A stretch of DNA of 64,000 nt from an uncultured virus (IMG/VR IMGVR_UViG_3300009432_000684). Its lineage: Duplodnaviria; Heunggongvirae; Uroviricota; Caudoviricetes. The stretch lies in the IMG/VR virus record IMGVR_UViG_3300009432_000684; one strand, written 5' to 3'. Below the pieces are notes generated by a model. That model ran no database searches. It was not told where the DNA came from and worked only from the letters and a program-made list of their open reading frames with translations. Within the stretch, counting starts at the first letter, position 1; every line of letters begins with the position of its first letter. Made by a program: the position numbers and the translations under genes. Below are positions 45,001 through 52,068 of this stretch, piece by piece.

Positions 45001-45538
45001 CCTGGTCTTTAGTTGTAACCGTGTACGTACTAACAACTTCTTTGCTTTGTCCTCTAACAGCAACACTAGTTGGGCCGTTTGGTAACCAATAGTATTCACG
45101 GAAGTTTACAAATTTGTCCCAATCAATATTTGGGTTCCATCCATATGTGTCTTGGTTATTAACTCTGCTATGGTTAGCAGTGTTTGCGCCAAAGGAACCT
45201 AATTGATTCATGTAGTCATTGTAATCTCTATAGAAAGTTACATTGTCTAAGTTATCTTTAATTACTGCTGCAGGTTCTAACTGATAATTTGCTCTTGCAC
45301 TACTAACATCGCCAATGTAATTGTCCGAAGCTTTGTATGCTTTTGCAGTTTCTCGACCAACGTATCCACTAAGTTTTTCGGCTACTCCAGGTTGGATTAA
45401 CTGATCAAGTGTGCCTTGGAGGAATTTCCTATTAGCTTCAGTTCTAAAAAACTTAGGTAAAAAGTCAACACTTATATTTTGTACTTTAGCACCCGGAACT
45501 GGTAGCGGACTTTCATTTTGATTGTTGTTATATGCCAT
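30062..45538 (-). CDS. Giant (5158 aa) baseplate wedge/tail structural protein
   Basis: Directly downstream of and coupled to the gp6-like gene; FG-GAP/beta-propeller-like segments, GxGY repeats (NAGRGY, NQGLGY, NAGTGY, NGSGY), CBM-like repeats and many V.VNG..L...DY repeats. Confidence 0.75.
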   Translation of the reverse strand: MAYNNNQNESPLPVPGAKVQNISVDFLPKFFRTEANRKFLQGTLDQLIQPGVAEKLSGYVGRETAKAYKASDNYIGDVSSARANYQLEPAAVIKDNLDNVTFYRDYNDYMNQLGSFGANTANHSRVNNQDTYGWNPNIDWDKFVNFREYYWLPNGPTSVAVRGQSKEVVSTYTVTTKDQGDNVSYQFNDGLTTNPTLKLYKGQTYRFEIDTPGHPIAFSISRTFTPGTAILTAGSEGIRADGQFDGALYGNNYDQGDYVVLPSSGSVTFDADDNVSTLYPTGITKYGKEGETISVVYVDKGTIEFTVPTNAPDRLYYISKNAVDTSGLIKIYDIAENSAIDVSTEVLGKKTYTSANGVKLSNGMKITFQGDVTPAKYDTRQWYVEGVGSNIKLIKDKDLIIPAAYSTSKLIPFDTDKFDDLPFADAKAYAADKDYITVNRSSPDRNAWSRYNCWYHKDIIVASETYNNNSYDLDESTRAKRPIIEYEAGLKLNNFGVFAKEDVDLVDVFTKDVFSVVEGSTGYNIDNIDLADGMRVLFTADTDILVSGQIYEVNFVTINKIRQINLRPVTDSAPIILETVLVTNGTKYAGTSFHYNGTTWIQSQQKTKTNEHPLFEVFDANQNSFSDTTYYGSTTFKGTKLFSYKQSTGTNDAELGFPLTYRSINNSGDIVFNFDLLNDKFTYQTDNDLLSQTIDTGYLKKYKSLTSFDYVNGFSSIPTSSRQMVIRQYSATKIQLNNFGIDVYKKAGDINDLILHVYVDNKLKIRLQDYEIDRANGFATVRFYNNLTVGQTVRLKTHSLSEKTDKGYYEFPHNLERNPLNEDVTEFTLGEVIDHVDTMIEDIQGFTGVFPGKGSLRDAGETDQFGKRFVKHSGPINFPLYHITDKNFNIVKALKYSKNEYSRFKRKFLETAVTLGYDGPVKQHVDKILTTLNKEKMKSEPFYFSDMLGYGDSNRIEYTVLDSRTTTYPVTTPFALTTLSAKSISVYLNAIQLVHEQDYTFNSDGYVVISATKVEGDIIEIYEYETTDGSFVAPTPTKLGLYPKFYPELTIDDSYIGVKTNVTGPYKVYGRIEQTTKAYKGKIGWFYPLHTTQASAIADDKARGGTGTVHEHVFEGLAQVFYMADVAKNHAVEDNNEVEEYPIGVAMLRGHDGSYIKAYKDFRDELVLEFERRIFNNIKVSYSTDLLDIQEFIAGEYRTTEFSKTEVDNSLVGDFTQWLRLVTGAEYTEHNFYDPNNSFTFNYSSATSPLGNNVPGFWRGAYIHAYGTDRPNSNPWEMLGFTMKPTWWDTTYGPAPYSGDNLVLWKDLEEGRIKVPGVAEVVNSKYARPGLTKHIPVDSQGRLKSPRDSSFTRNFLRNEATSGWKFGDHSPVETAWRRSSEYPFAVLLAYLLNKPAKVMGLGFDVSRIKKNLVKQWVQTDTNKPIQLSTAKIPNTYKDETRVLTCGLVNYIYNLISSDVLSVYTDYKNNLVNLTNQLGFKVGGFTDTSKFNLILDSRSPSKQTERDGIFVPQESFKVFNNTSSPLEMVTYSGISIEKSGSGYLLRGYSNTEPYFEYYKPKTGSSKITVTIGGISESQQEWSPRTLYERGTVVKFKNEFFRTAKQFTSGETFDADEGFAVLEELPITGGRTAVFYKDFETTDTPSRLQYGTRLATTQEVVDFMLGYNARQKVLGFSFNEVDAFNEVVENWENSAREFMFFTTQGWAAGTVITLSPGAQKIQFDRDFVVVDNLYDKFYDYSILQADGQPLSADFNGLVRDGNSFGLETSNTDDGLYHISLPIVQKEHVIILDNKTAFSDIIYEPKSGYRQDRIKVSGYRTDDWNGGLNLPGFLYDEAIITEWTQWKDYKIGELVKYKQFYYSANSNLSGAKNFNATLWLQLSKKPVSELTANLDYKANQFADFYDLDSAGFDDEQQRMAQHLIGYQKRQYLANIINDDVSQFKFYRGFIADKGTMNALTNLFESLGDGTTSALDFYEEWAIQTGRYGATENTKQVEFNLKEDSMTESPQAFELIDTLPATNYDRVYRILPNEVFDKPELYDHSPFPTKSITTENEYIKTGGYVSVEDVAFTAGSIAELSLGDINATSLGDYIWVVETGKDSWEVYQVISAAVHVVGATLRTDKLASDGMRLVDLELDTWADVPGDGISPLITTSDIVGIRGAQEYNLNGMYAVDTDGINLTTVTVKADVNADIIDFVDESFQVVKFREVRVPNIDVLNSQRSKLYSKQKIWVDDYEGDWKVFENNPVYTANQTLFNPSDFDSTSQQFSKSVAITETNNDVFVSAPGDVLGKVSHYKRTDEKNNLVLDDILTLDSDDDLLNASSSGRFGENISVSPDGEYLVVGIPEASGVKTKFKDTFNATSTYIKGDVVKYRESLWKTNRTVLPEIASQAFTTFDTYVNIAASADADSTTLQLLVAGDPGLSGNTVDHILVRAPKDMYLGTAVGDTVNLYWNQRSYTYPTLTNYLPFDGDIPSITGNVITGSHIIQNKIDHVLFIATFVSLPTVGQSVTTATGSATVAYIGTQNDSAVIYLKDTNGIFSVSDELFIEETIFVGFYTESATYNTSDAVDGFWYIALPFNYSNNGTYYDTGRGLVYADVRLASSARALNAYSNIQSAVGYIGTYVKNKNRASYITQLSYTGDPGGTEAAQLSNKWIVRGEKAYTDTLSINDTTEFRVYNLDNRIIDVAAAGFTFDILNKQQTVVDLWDGYIDFTFDEFDFNGNVFEPVVGDIIQDVQIPNDGQGGLAITTTTTSTAEVVFYRRNFNSVRVYVKVLSGLWNQLTNIGKYAIQRNANTVERGAADVNRVMGSVTDFENDVAVGTDTVGKLVVFEHSSQFDIVTNPEIVDEEYWFFNENTEQGISRMANPPYSLNKDYTQVFHLEAEKSGTAGPSKEGAVAIYRRSDVGTYKRQYVLVSEHRKENRGFGKKVKIVQKGKYYTLAISSNGLGTRADPGSIEFYRHGVKAEDIASFKGPYQILSYLIGDIVLYQDQYFQCVKNATSNNFVSDPVFWENISWRNGKDRNYRGVWDNTYRYEKGAIVEYNNTLYIAATNIAADAAVVSNSWTILSSTVDYVGMLPNRTSKTFYADETIFDPIQNIEQFSKDFDLSANGDVLVTTSTQVQTDSTRDIAVVVYREIGDKFVFSQMITEATSIDGFADKISMNPEGTKIAVSSPLKDSIRINQGVVYIYVQDANGVFGTVTNSALGTTTPSQVILPSQDEESEKFGYNLDFGKDNLVISSLNGDQLIPTSFDTYEKNLSNSYQLDKASTKKKVPTTFDRKFTSFKNVKIDKGVVYIYEAFGNRMSLSETISYPLTQTSFGEYIYTNDNHMYIGMPQQYDDEYRGGLVDFRKRNGVFAWSTIRSSVTPVDVEKIQGAFLYNKKENKIITYLDFIDPIQGKIAGIAEQEIAFKTRYDPAFYNTGLLADNNVDPGRHWAENYVGKVWWNIDSARFAHPYQGSTNFQKNTWNTQLEGSVINVYEWVESKFLPNTWDGFADTDEGLAQGVSGISLYGNEKYTTRLEYDNVSKSFNTLYYFWVENKRNIPSNANRKLSIQNIAALIANPKDQKYRYLSLLSKNKFLLTNCNDIVNNDDVVLNIKYTTDSVEKTRQNVHNQYQILSKGLSTSVPNADIQLKWFDSLIGFDAKERAVPNLQIPAKSRYGIQNRPRQGMFVNRFEALKQFIERVNIVAKENLLADEYNLTALSEKEPLPTLIGGEYDHKVSTYAELVYISTSKVTPATLTPVLQNGKLVGITIVNAGRGYKVLPKITISGTGADAEIALTINALGQITGASVVNQGLGYDANTSISVRRYSVLVEADNSVFNKWALYSWNEVNSTWFRRSIQDYDVTQFWSYADWYASGYNQFTEIDDIIKGSYVLTSLENSLGDVVKINSVGSGGWLLLEKIADEDTEDYTINYKTIGRQNGTIQFNDKLYDYTKNTVGFDNRSFDSYFYDNTPSRELRIILEAIRDNIFIGTLAVEYNELFFATLRYVLAEQKGADWLFKTSFVKAKHNLGPLFQDITFNNNNLANYEAYINEVKPYSTNVREFVSNYTTVEGTNSSVSDFDLPPEYSTQSKSIVPSKAQVIDGVIVSEPNSAALYPRKNWSDNNGYQVTELQISNAGTGYTYTPTVKITSAEGTGATARAYLGYGRITKIEVLTNGSGYIKTPVVTIEGPQADGSTPATATAILGNGVVRSPSITTKFDRVSGKVYYATLLQEITVSGTGTKTVYDLEWPMDLSSSKVTVWVGKDNTKLVEQLRSAYTYTNVSNTTAGYKRQQGRITFTTPPKFDYKIKIQYYRPLSLLNAEDRINFAYNPTSSMYGKELEQLMTGVDYGGVQIRSFEFDKPAGWDSNGWYSDSWDTFDNTYEDELFYADGSTNAVALTKPLADGIMYNFYKNGVRIDDANYDASTVNANPSAITNSIIGDGVTQALDLEEMGISLVSGDILIVRKTTSDGSTLPDADSYDTALTGGDLAYTTAKGINAEDIIIDGDGFITPTTSGGPEELVPGQVLDTLDIKVFTRDSAGQGIIHSQSYIMGSDTTYSLGAIPRTAEAVLVKVGNVILADSLYTIDWQNNNVVLNSATAGAELNIIAMSQGTQKVLDFGVGDTTSGQADYITTVDWEEGTSCFVSIDGISYNVSVFNSADDSVPGPAKVGIRLNTPPTVSGQKIHYTVFSDSLKINYSQVSKDTFTTDGTTRSYQLATTPFYALPNEHNIIVKVANKILNPGYNIKYTIDEFERREYKIETFQEAVGSNSAADISVFVDGIERFTPDEWRFDIANSSIILADNVGEEGSIVAIYAITDGEYRITGNVVTLDTTPAADQTVEVFQFSNHDLLGIERINYDVVARTVLTSTDVQTVTYNRLTVGEVPLRQKAVDAQYVWVSVNGELLTPSVDYYITDDQMNVRLTKTPAANDVIDIIHFTAPVSTSKFAYRQFKDMLNRTHFKRLDKEATKLREPLNSTDLRVEVVDGSTLSEPSKGQNLPGIIFIDGERIEYFVKVENTLKQLRRGTLGTGVKETYPVGQRVYDQNISKTIPYKDVTQSQSFVGTGTQTIFTLGFDVGTYNEIEVFSAGKRLRKTTLESFDPVIALDSPDGDITLPKEFEFNSDDNTIILSNVPALNTKVTVIKKTGQTWTNTGEMLGDAENSIARFLRAGTSALPE

Positions 45539-48500
45539 TAGTAACTTGATCCAGTGTTAGATGATGTTGCGGAAGTTGATGTTAAACCTCCTCCAGTAGT
45601 TGATGTAGTTAAAGCTGATGATGCACTGCTAGTAATACCTGTTATAGTACTAGTTGAAGTTGATCCAGTAAGTACTATGCCGCTAGCTTGTATTTCTTTA
45701 GCAGTAATTTCTGTTATAGTTTCAACGTCAGAAACAGTTGCTGCACTAATAAAAATTTCATCTGGTTCAGATTTTATTTCAAACAAACTACCAAACACCT
45801 GTGTTCCTTGAGTTGGAACAATTAAAACTGATGCAAGTTTAGGGGTTAATTCATTCATGATATAAGCACTTAGCTCTTGGAAGTAAAAAGTTTCTCCAAA
45901 GTCCCAGTTATCAATTGCAAAGAATCTATTAATAGCTTCAATTATACTTGATTTGAGCTCATTATCATTTGTAACAACATCTTTATTTTTAACAATTTTA
46001 AATTTCACTTGTAAATCCACAGGAGCTTTACTTCCAAATAATATTTTATATTTTGCAGGATAATAAATTATTTCATCACTTATGCTTTTAATCTTTTCAA
46101 TTGAAGAACCATAGCTTCTATATAATTCATCATTACTTTGTGGTAACGGTTGTGTAAGAATATCGCCTGCAATGAATTTTCTAATATTTGTATCATATGT
46201 TTTTGTTAACAAGTAAGTATCAATTAAGTTACTAGCACTTGGATCAATTCTATAACTGCTATCAGCAACGTGTACATAATGTATTTTTAACCCATGTCTG
46301 CCTACAAATGCTTTATAATCAGAATTTAATGTAGTGTTGTTTAACGATTTGTTTAAAGTTTTAAACACTGCTTCGTCTTCTAGATAAAATACTTGTCCTT
46401 CAGTTCTTGTACTGTAGGGCGATATTGCTCCTTCGTTAGCAACTATAATAATACTGTTATCTGTGTTATCAAAGAACTTAAAGTCTAAAACACCGTCACT
46501 AGTAGTATACTTCTTTTGGAATACTGTTTTTTCTGTTGTAGTAACAGTGTCAGGATCAACAAGTTCATCAAATAATTCCGGATTGTCTACTACACCGTCA
46601 TCATCTAAATCGATAAATTGTACTTCAATTTTACGTGAGTCTACATATCCATCTGTGTCTCTAAATGCGTCTGAGATCGACCAAGAAAAATCAGTTGTAA
46701 ACGGACTTGCAAGTCCTGGTTTAGTATTAATATTTAAAATGTCAACCTTATCTCTAACTACTTGTCCTGTAGCCGGATTGTAAACTTTATCAATTCCGTC
46801 AAAGTAGAATCTAATTTCATCTGCACTTTCCATTATATATTTCAAGTTGCGATATGTAATAGTATAAGTTTCGCCGTCTGTCTTAAAGAATAAGAACCAA
46901 CTAGAATCAAGATTTTGTCCAGTTGTATCGCCAGCTTTACCTGTGGAGAAATCTAATAATGTATTAAGATTATCGTTAGTAATTAACTTCCATTGTCTGT
47001 CTGCTAAATCGTAACGTAAACCAAAATCTCTGTAAGCAAATGCTTGGTCAATAATTTGTACTTTAATAGAGTCAATTAATACTTTAGAAAAATTAGGAAT
47101 AATTCTATCTAAAATTGCGTTAGTTGGAATATTATCATTGAATGCAATTGGACCTTTACCTGTTACAGTATTTACTAATGTTCCGTTGCCGGCAATAGAA
47201 ACTGCTTTAGCCCATTTATAAGCTGTAGAGCCTAATTTTATTGCAGTGCCAGCCATTAAGGTTCCGTCTTTCATAAAGTGAAATCCTGTTGGAGCAGTAA
47301 ATCTGCACAATGCACCTGGTTCAATATAACGCAAACTATTAGCAGTAAATGTACCAGTCATATATGGGGAATCTGTACTATCTAAAAATCTGCCAGTAGA
47401 TTGATTAGTCGATGTTGTTGATCTAATCCACTTAGCATTTAAGTCTGAAACAATAGTCTTTGGATACTGATCTAAATAAAAGTTTCTAGTATTTGGAGCG
47501 CCTAATATAGGCTCAATAGTATTATTAATAATACCTTCAATATCACTTTGTGTTGTAAATGTGAATTGGCTTTTTTCTAAAAATATTTGTTTGTATAAAA
47601 TGCCGTCATCTGCAAACAAACTAGTATTACTATATTTGCCAGATACATCTTTAAGGTCAAAGTATCTACTAACACCACTACTAATTCGATTAGTACTTTT
47701 TGTTTTAATAATTTCTTGGCTAATAGCTAGCGGGCCAATATTGTAATCTTCGCCAGTAATTAATCTATTTTGTGTATAATATGTTGCAGGTGCATTACTT
47801 TTAATTTCTGAGTCTGATTCAGATGCACTTCCGTTTGAAACAGTATAGTTAAGTCTAAGACCTAATGTAAGAGTTTCTAAGCCTCCTGCTTTATTTTGAT
47901 ATGGTATTTCAATAGAAACGTTACCCAATGCACCTGGTGTAATAACACTGGCAGCATTAGCACTAGTTCTATAATATATTTTAAAATTACCTGATGGTAA
48001 GTTACCAAATACACCGTCGGAAAATGTTAAGTTTACTCTATCGCCTACTCGAGTATTAACTGCAAAAACATCTTTAACGCCTTTGAACAAGTTGTTATAT
48101 ATAATGTTGTTGCCTTCAACAGCATCAAGCTTTGTCCAATAGTTTGTTTCAAATCCATTTGAGTCAACGTTATATAACCATACGTCAGTATCGTTAATAT
48201 TAGTAACATCTATTGCTACTGTTTGATTAGGCTGTGGAGATGATATGCTAAAGGTAGAATTATCTAGTTTACCTTGTCTAAAGTGCATAAAGAATCCAGT
48301 GTTACTGCTACCAGCACCTTGGCCGTCATCTCTAAACAAAAATGCAGGGCTGTTTCCTGGGATTGGAGGTTCTTCAATAATGCTCTCGCCCATAATTCCT
48401 GTACTAACAGCTTCAAATCTTTGACTTACGCCTTCAATTCTTTTTGTAAAAGGAAAGATAGCAGCAGTTGTATTAGTTGCATTAAACCTATATTGCTGTG

Positions 48501-49050
48501 TAATAACATTAGCTATGCTAGCTGACTTTAACGGATTACCAATATTGTTTGTAACTGGTAATGCAGAGTTTAAAATCTTAATAAACTGTTCAAAGTAGCT
48601 ACTATTAGCTTGATCATTCCACTTAATAACTGTGCTTGCAAGGTTTACACCTGAACTATCAATAATAGCTTCAGATGTTTTAATAGTAGAAAGCTTTAAC
48701 AATCCGTTTGCTGCTTGATTTCTTCTTGGGTTATAAGAAAGCATACGTGCTAAACGTAAAATACTTTCTCTGCGTTCAGCAGTTTCTAAAAAATTCTCTC
48801 TAGCGTTTAAATCTACTCGGAAACTAATGTTTTGTCCAAGAAATGCAATCATTTCAATTAGTGCTAGATACTCTGATGACTCGATGTAATCGTTAAAGTC
48901 CTCAGGATAATTCTGACGTAGATAATTAATCATTGTACGACGAAGATTATCAAAGTCGTAACTCTGGAAATCGGCGTTACGGAACCCTTGGTAAATCCGC
49001 TTCCAATCTTCAGATACTAATAATCTTGTCTGTCTATCTGTTGAAGACAT
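45538..49050 (-). CDS. Baseplate wedge protein (T4 gp6-like)
   Basis: YDFDNLR...DFNDY..SS...LIEMIAF...ARENFLETA.RRESILRLA, FSDGVFG and APATYYTQNRLITGEDY, as in gp6/baseplate J. Confidence 0.85.
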   Translation of the reverse strand: MSSTDRQTRLLVSEDWKRIYQGFRNADFQSYDFDNLRRTMINYLRQNYPEDFNDYIESSEYLALIEMIAFLGQNISFRVDLNARENFLETAERRESILRLARMLSYNPRRNQAANGLLKLSTIKTSEAIIDSSGVNLASTVIKWNDQANSSYFEQFIKILNSALPVTNNIGNPLKSASIANVITQQYRFNATNTTAAIFPFTKRIEGVSQRFEAVSTGIMGESIIEEPPIPGNSPAFLFRDDGQGAGSSNTGFFMHFRQGKLDNSTFSISSPQPNQTVAIDVTNINDTDVWLYNVDSNGFETNYWTKLDAVEGNNIIYNNLFKGVKDVFAVNTRVGDRVNLTFSDGVFGNLPSGNFKIYYRTSANAASVITPGALGNVSIEIPYQNKAGGLETLTLGLRLNYTVSNGSASESDSEIKSNAPATYYTQNRLITGEDYNIGPLAISQEIIKTKSTNRISSGVSRYFDLKDVSGKYSNTSLFADDGILYKQIFLEKSQFTFTTQSDIEGIINNTIEPILGAPNTRNFYLDQYPKTIVSDLNAKWIRSTTSTNQSTGRFLDSTDSPYMTGTFTANSLRYIEPGALCRFTAPTGFHFMKDGTLMAGTAIKLGSTAYKWAKAVSIAGNGTLVNTVTGKGPIAFNDNIPTNAILDRIIPNFSKVLIDSIKVQIIDQAFAYRDFGLRYDLADRQWKLITNDNLNTLLDFSTGKAGDTTGQNLDSSWFLFFKTDGETYTITYRNLKYIMESADEIRFYFDGIDKVYNPATGQVVRDKVDILNINTKPGLASPFTTDFSWSISDAFRDTDGYVDSRKIEVQFIDLDDDGVVDNPELFDELVDPDTVTTTEKTVFQKKYTTSDGVLDFKFFDNTDNSIIIVANEGAISPYSTRTEGQVFYLEDEAVFKTLNKSLNNTTLNSDYKAFVGRHGLKIHYVHVADSSYRIDPSASNLIDTYLLTKTYDTNIRKFIAGDILTQPLPQSNDELYRSYGSSIEKIKSISDEIIYYPAKYKILFGSKAPVDLQVKFKIVKNKDVVTNDNELKSSIIEAINRFFAIDNWDFGETFYFQELSAYIMNELTPKLASVLIVPTQGTQVFGSLFEIKSEPDEIFISAATVSDVETITEITAKEIQASGIVLTGSTSTSTITGITSSASSALTTSTTGGGLTSTSATSSNTGSSY

Positions 49051-49073
49051 ATTTGTTTCCTCTATTACTATGA

Positions 49074-49081
49074 TATTTATC
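49074..49081 (-). promoter_or_regulatory. Late promoter-like box GATAAATA
   Basis: Intergenic, upstream of a GAGGA SD and ATG 49050. Confidence 0.65.
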
Positions 49082-49106
49082 TGTTACAGATAAGTGCGTA
49101 TATAAT

Positions 49107-49544
49107 TTACAACAAGCCATTTGCTTGATCAAATTTAAATCGTAACTGTTCAGATATATTAAAAGGAAGGAATACTACTACACATTCAACAGTAATACCC
49201 TTTTCATACGTGTCAACAGTAATTGAATCTACACTCATTCTAGGATCGTGATTTACAATTCTTGTTACATCATCTACTATTGCTTCTTGTACATCAGTAG
49301 TAAATGGTTCAAACAGCATGTCCCAGATAACTGTTCCAAATGTTGGGTCACTCAGCTTTTCGCCTTGACGTATGTGGAAGTGATTTATTAGATCTTGTTT
49401 AATAAGATCAAAGTCGTATTTTGCAAACCCGTCTTTTTTGCCGTCAACAGTAGAGAATCCTCTATAAGCTCGTCCTTGTGAAGGGGCCTTAGTTGTTTGG
49501 GGGACAGTAACACGTTTATAAAGATTTTTTTCTAATTCGCTCAT
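49107..49544 (-). CDS. Baseplate wedge protein (T4 gp25-like/GpW)
   Basis: LIKQDLINHF.IRQGEK..DPTFGT.IWDMLFEP...DPR signature. Confidence 0.9.
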   Translation of the reverse strand: MSELEKNLYKRVTVPQTTKAPSQGRAYRGFSTVDGKKDGFAKYDFDLIKQDLINHFHIRQGEKLSDPTFGTVIWDMLFEPFTTDVQEAIVDDVTRIVNHDPRMSVDSITVDTYEKGITVECVVVFLPFNISEQLRFKFDQANGLL

Positions 49545-49559
49545 ACTGTATTTACCCTA

Positions 49560-52028
49560 TTATTGCGGACCAACTGGTAGTGTGACTTTGCCAGCTTCGT
49601 TAGTTTCATCTGGAATAGATGCTTGTTTAATTTCCAATTCTAAGTGCTTTAATGCATCTAATTTTTCATTATTAAAACGCTTTACGCAACTTGCCCTTAC
49701 ATTAGCATTGCTTGACGGAAAGTACGCCATTCCATTGTCTTTAGCTCGTTCGTTATATACAGCTACGATTAATGCTTCATCTGTTGGTGCCGAATTTCCG
49801 GTAGATTTAATTGCTCTCTTAAATATTTTATTGCAACCACCTGCGCCATGCTGTATAGCAGTTGACCATAAAACATCTTGTAATGTTTTTGACTTAATTC
49901 TTACGTCAATACCTGTACTTTTAGAAACTTTATCAGCAGCTGGAACAAAATATTGAATTACTGCATAGGAATGCTGTGTTTCAGCCTTGTCTGCTTCAGA
50001 CATTGCTAACTGCCAAGTTTCCTTAAACGTGTCTGTACCTGAACCAGCCGAAGAGCTTCCTCCTGCTGTTTGTAATAATTCATATACATCAGTATGCTTT
50101 GCTTTTAAGTAACGCATAAATCCTTTAAATGCACCAACTCTTGTTGCTAACTGGTAAGTTCCGTAGGACCAGCCGCCTGTTTTATCAAATCCAATTGCAG
50201 TAGGATTTCCTCTTGATTCGTATTTAGAGCTCAATGCTCCTAATTCATCACTATATTTAAAACTACTAGAATAGTTGTCAACTGGTGGAGTTCCCTGACC
50301 AGTGCCTGTTCCTCCTCCTGTAGACTGAGAACCACTTGAAATGCTTCCTCCGGATCCTGCTACAAATGCACTTGCTACTCTGCCGCCTTTGTTTTTATAA
50401 AACGAGTCTGGTGTGAGTACTCTTTCTGCTGTTGATAGGCCGCCTGGTGCTTCTCTATCAGTTTCTGTCTTTTTAAACGATTGTGGATCTAAGTTTTCGT
50501 GATGTGGCCAAGGTTCATGTTGAGGAGCTCTTGTTAATATACTATCATATGCAACAGGATTTAAACTTCCTGGAAACACATAAGGTAGTTGTACTGTCTC
50601 TAACGGCTCAACAGTATCGGCTTGATCAGCTTGTGCTGCAACAGGCCCGTTCACGTGTATATATGTTGCAGTTTCTCTATGTTCTTTACCACTACTAATA
50701 TGTGTATATGCACCAGCTGTTAATCTATTGTCTTGGCCGCTATTAATATGTAGATATTTGCCTGTTGAGATAAAGTGGTTTTCAGCAACTCCTGTATGCA
50801 TTGTACCCGCTACTGTAATTTTAGAATCGTTACCAACAAGCAAGTTATGATTATGCTGTGCTTCTATTTGTACTCTGCCGCTTTCTAATCCTTTAGCATC
50901 TTGTTCTGCACCCTTACTATAACGTGCAGTAGCTTTCATATTAATATTTCTGCCGGCTTCCATGTTTATATCACGTTCAGCTGTAATGTTTAAATCATTA
51001 TCAGTCATAATACTAACACTATCGTTTGCGTGGATATCAATTTTACCATCACTGGTCATTTCTATCCAAGTTGTGCCACGGGCATTTCCAATATAAATTA
51101 AGTCTTCTGAATTATGCATTACAATTTGATGACCAGTTCTAGTCCTAAATCTTAATAATTCATTTTGCGGTATTGTTTGTTTGCCGCCCATTTCAGAAGC
51201 CATTTTATTAACATAAATTGGAGGGCCTTCTTCAGGATGAGTTTTTCTAATAAATGACGGATCGCCATCATCCATAACAAAACTTGATCCGCCTAGTCTA
51301 TTATAAGGAACATTTACTTTGTCATCTGCCGGACCTATTGTAACCTTAGGAGAACCATCTCTTTTATCCTGTGGACCCGGAGTACTAAGGCCAAATACCA
51401 TACTAGGAATTTCTCTTCTAGCACTAGTAGTTGTCGTTCCCCTAATTTCGTCAAATAATAATCCTTGCGTTTCAAGTACTTCTGTAAAATCTTTATTATA
51501 AGGTTTCTTAAACAAAGTAGGATCAATAGCGGCGCCGTCTTCAAATGCTTTATTATACTCACCTACGGGTAATTTTGCACCTTTAATATTATCAGGAGTT
51601 AATGCTGTTGTTTGCTCTGTACTAGCTTTACCATCAGGAACCATAAAGTTCATATAATCGTCAGGTATACAACCTATCCAATAACCTAAGTTTAAATTTC
51701 CTTCTGCAAATATTACAAGTACTCGTGTGCCGATGTCTGGAGGCACTGCCCACATACCATAACTCTTTTGAGTGTTTTGATAACCATCATTTGGTGTTAA
51801 TCCGGCCGCTGGAGTAATTCCATAAAAAGGACTGAGGTATCGTACTTGGACTAACTCGCCTCCCTTTTCAGGAGTACCGCCTGAACCAGAATACTTTATT
51901 AATTCAACTTCTAGTCCGCCCATATACCTTGTGTCGAGGTGGTTGACAACTACAGCTTCGTAAGGACCAATGTCTCTTTTCGTAACTTTTTGGTTATTGG
52001 TTCTTTTATATCTTCCGCTTTGACTCAT
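49560..52028 (-). CDS. Baseplate central spike (gp5/VgrG-like) with C-terminal lysozyme-like domain
   Basis: OB-fold (YGMWAVPPDIGTRVLVIF), beta-helix repeats (RTRTGHQI.., GKIDIH), HEPWPHH, G/S linker, then SSKYESRG...SYGTYQL. Confidence 0.85.
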   Translation of the reverse strand: MSQSGRYKRTNNQKVTKRDIGPYEAVVVNHLDTRYMGGLEVELIKYSGSGGTPEKGGELVQVRYLSPFYGITPAAGLTPNDGYQNTQKSYGMWAVPPDIGTRVLVIFAEGNLNLGYWIGCIPDDYMNFMVPDGKASTEQTTALTPDNIKGAKLPVGEYNKAFEDGAAIDPTLFKKPYNKDFTEVLETQGLLFDEIRGTTTTSARREIPSMVFGLSTPGPQDKRDGSPKVTIGPADDKVNVPYNRLGGSSFVMDDGDPSFIRKTHPEEGPPIYVNKMASEMGGKQTIPQNELLRFRTRTGHQIVMHNSEDLIYIGNARGTTWIEMTSDGKIDIHANDSVSIMTDNDLNITAERDINMEAGRNINMKATARYSKGAEQDAKGLESGRVQIEAQHNHNLLVGNDSKITVAGTMHTGVAENHFISTGKYLHINSGQDNRLTAGAYTHISSGKEHRETATYIHVNGPVAAQADQADTVEPLETVQLPYVFPGSLNPVAYDSILTRAPQHEPWPHHENLDPQSFKKTETDREAPGGLSTAERVLTPDSFYKNKGGRVASAFVAGSGGSISSGSQSTGGGTGTGQGTPPVDNYSSSFKYSDELGALSSKYESRGNPTAIGFDKTGGWSYGTYQLATRVGAFKGFMRYLKAKHTDVYELLQTAGGSSSAGSGTDTFKETWQLAMSEADKAETQHSYAVIQYFVPAADKVSKSTGIDVRIKSKTLQDVLWSTAIQHGAGGCNKIFKRAIKSTGNSAPTDEALIVAVYNERAKDNGMAYFPSSNANVRASCVKRFNNEKLDALKHLELEIKQASIPDETNEAGKVTLPVGPQ

Positions 52029-52068
52029 GTTTTATCCGTCCTGTAATAGTAATTATCACACCATTGCA

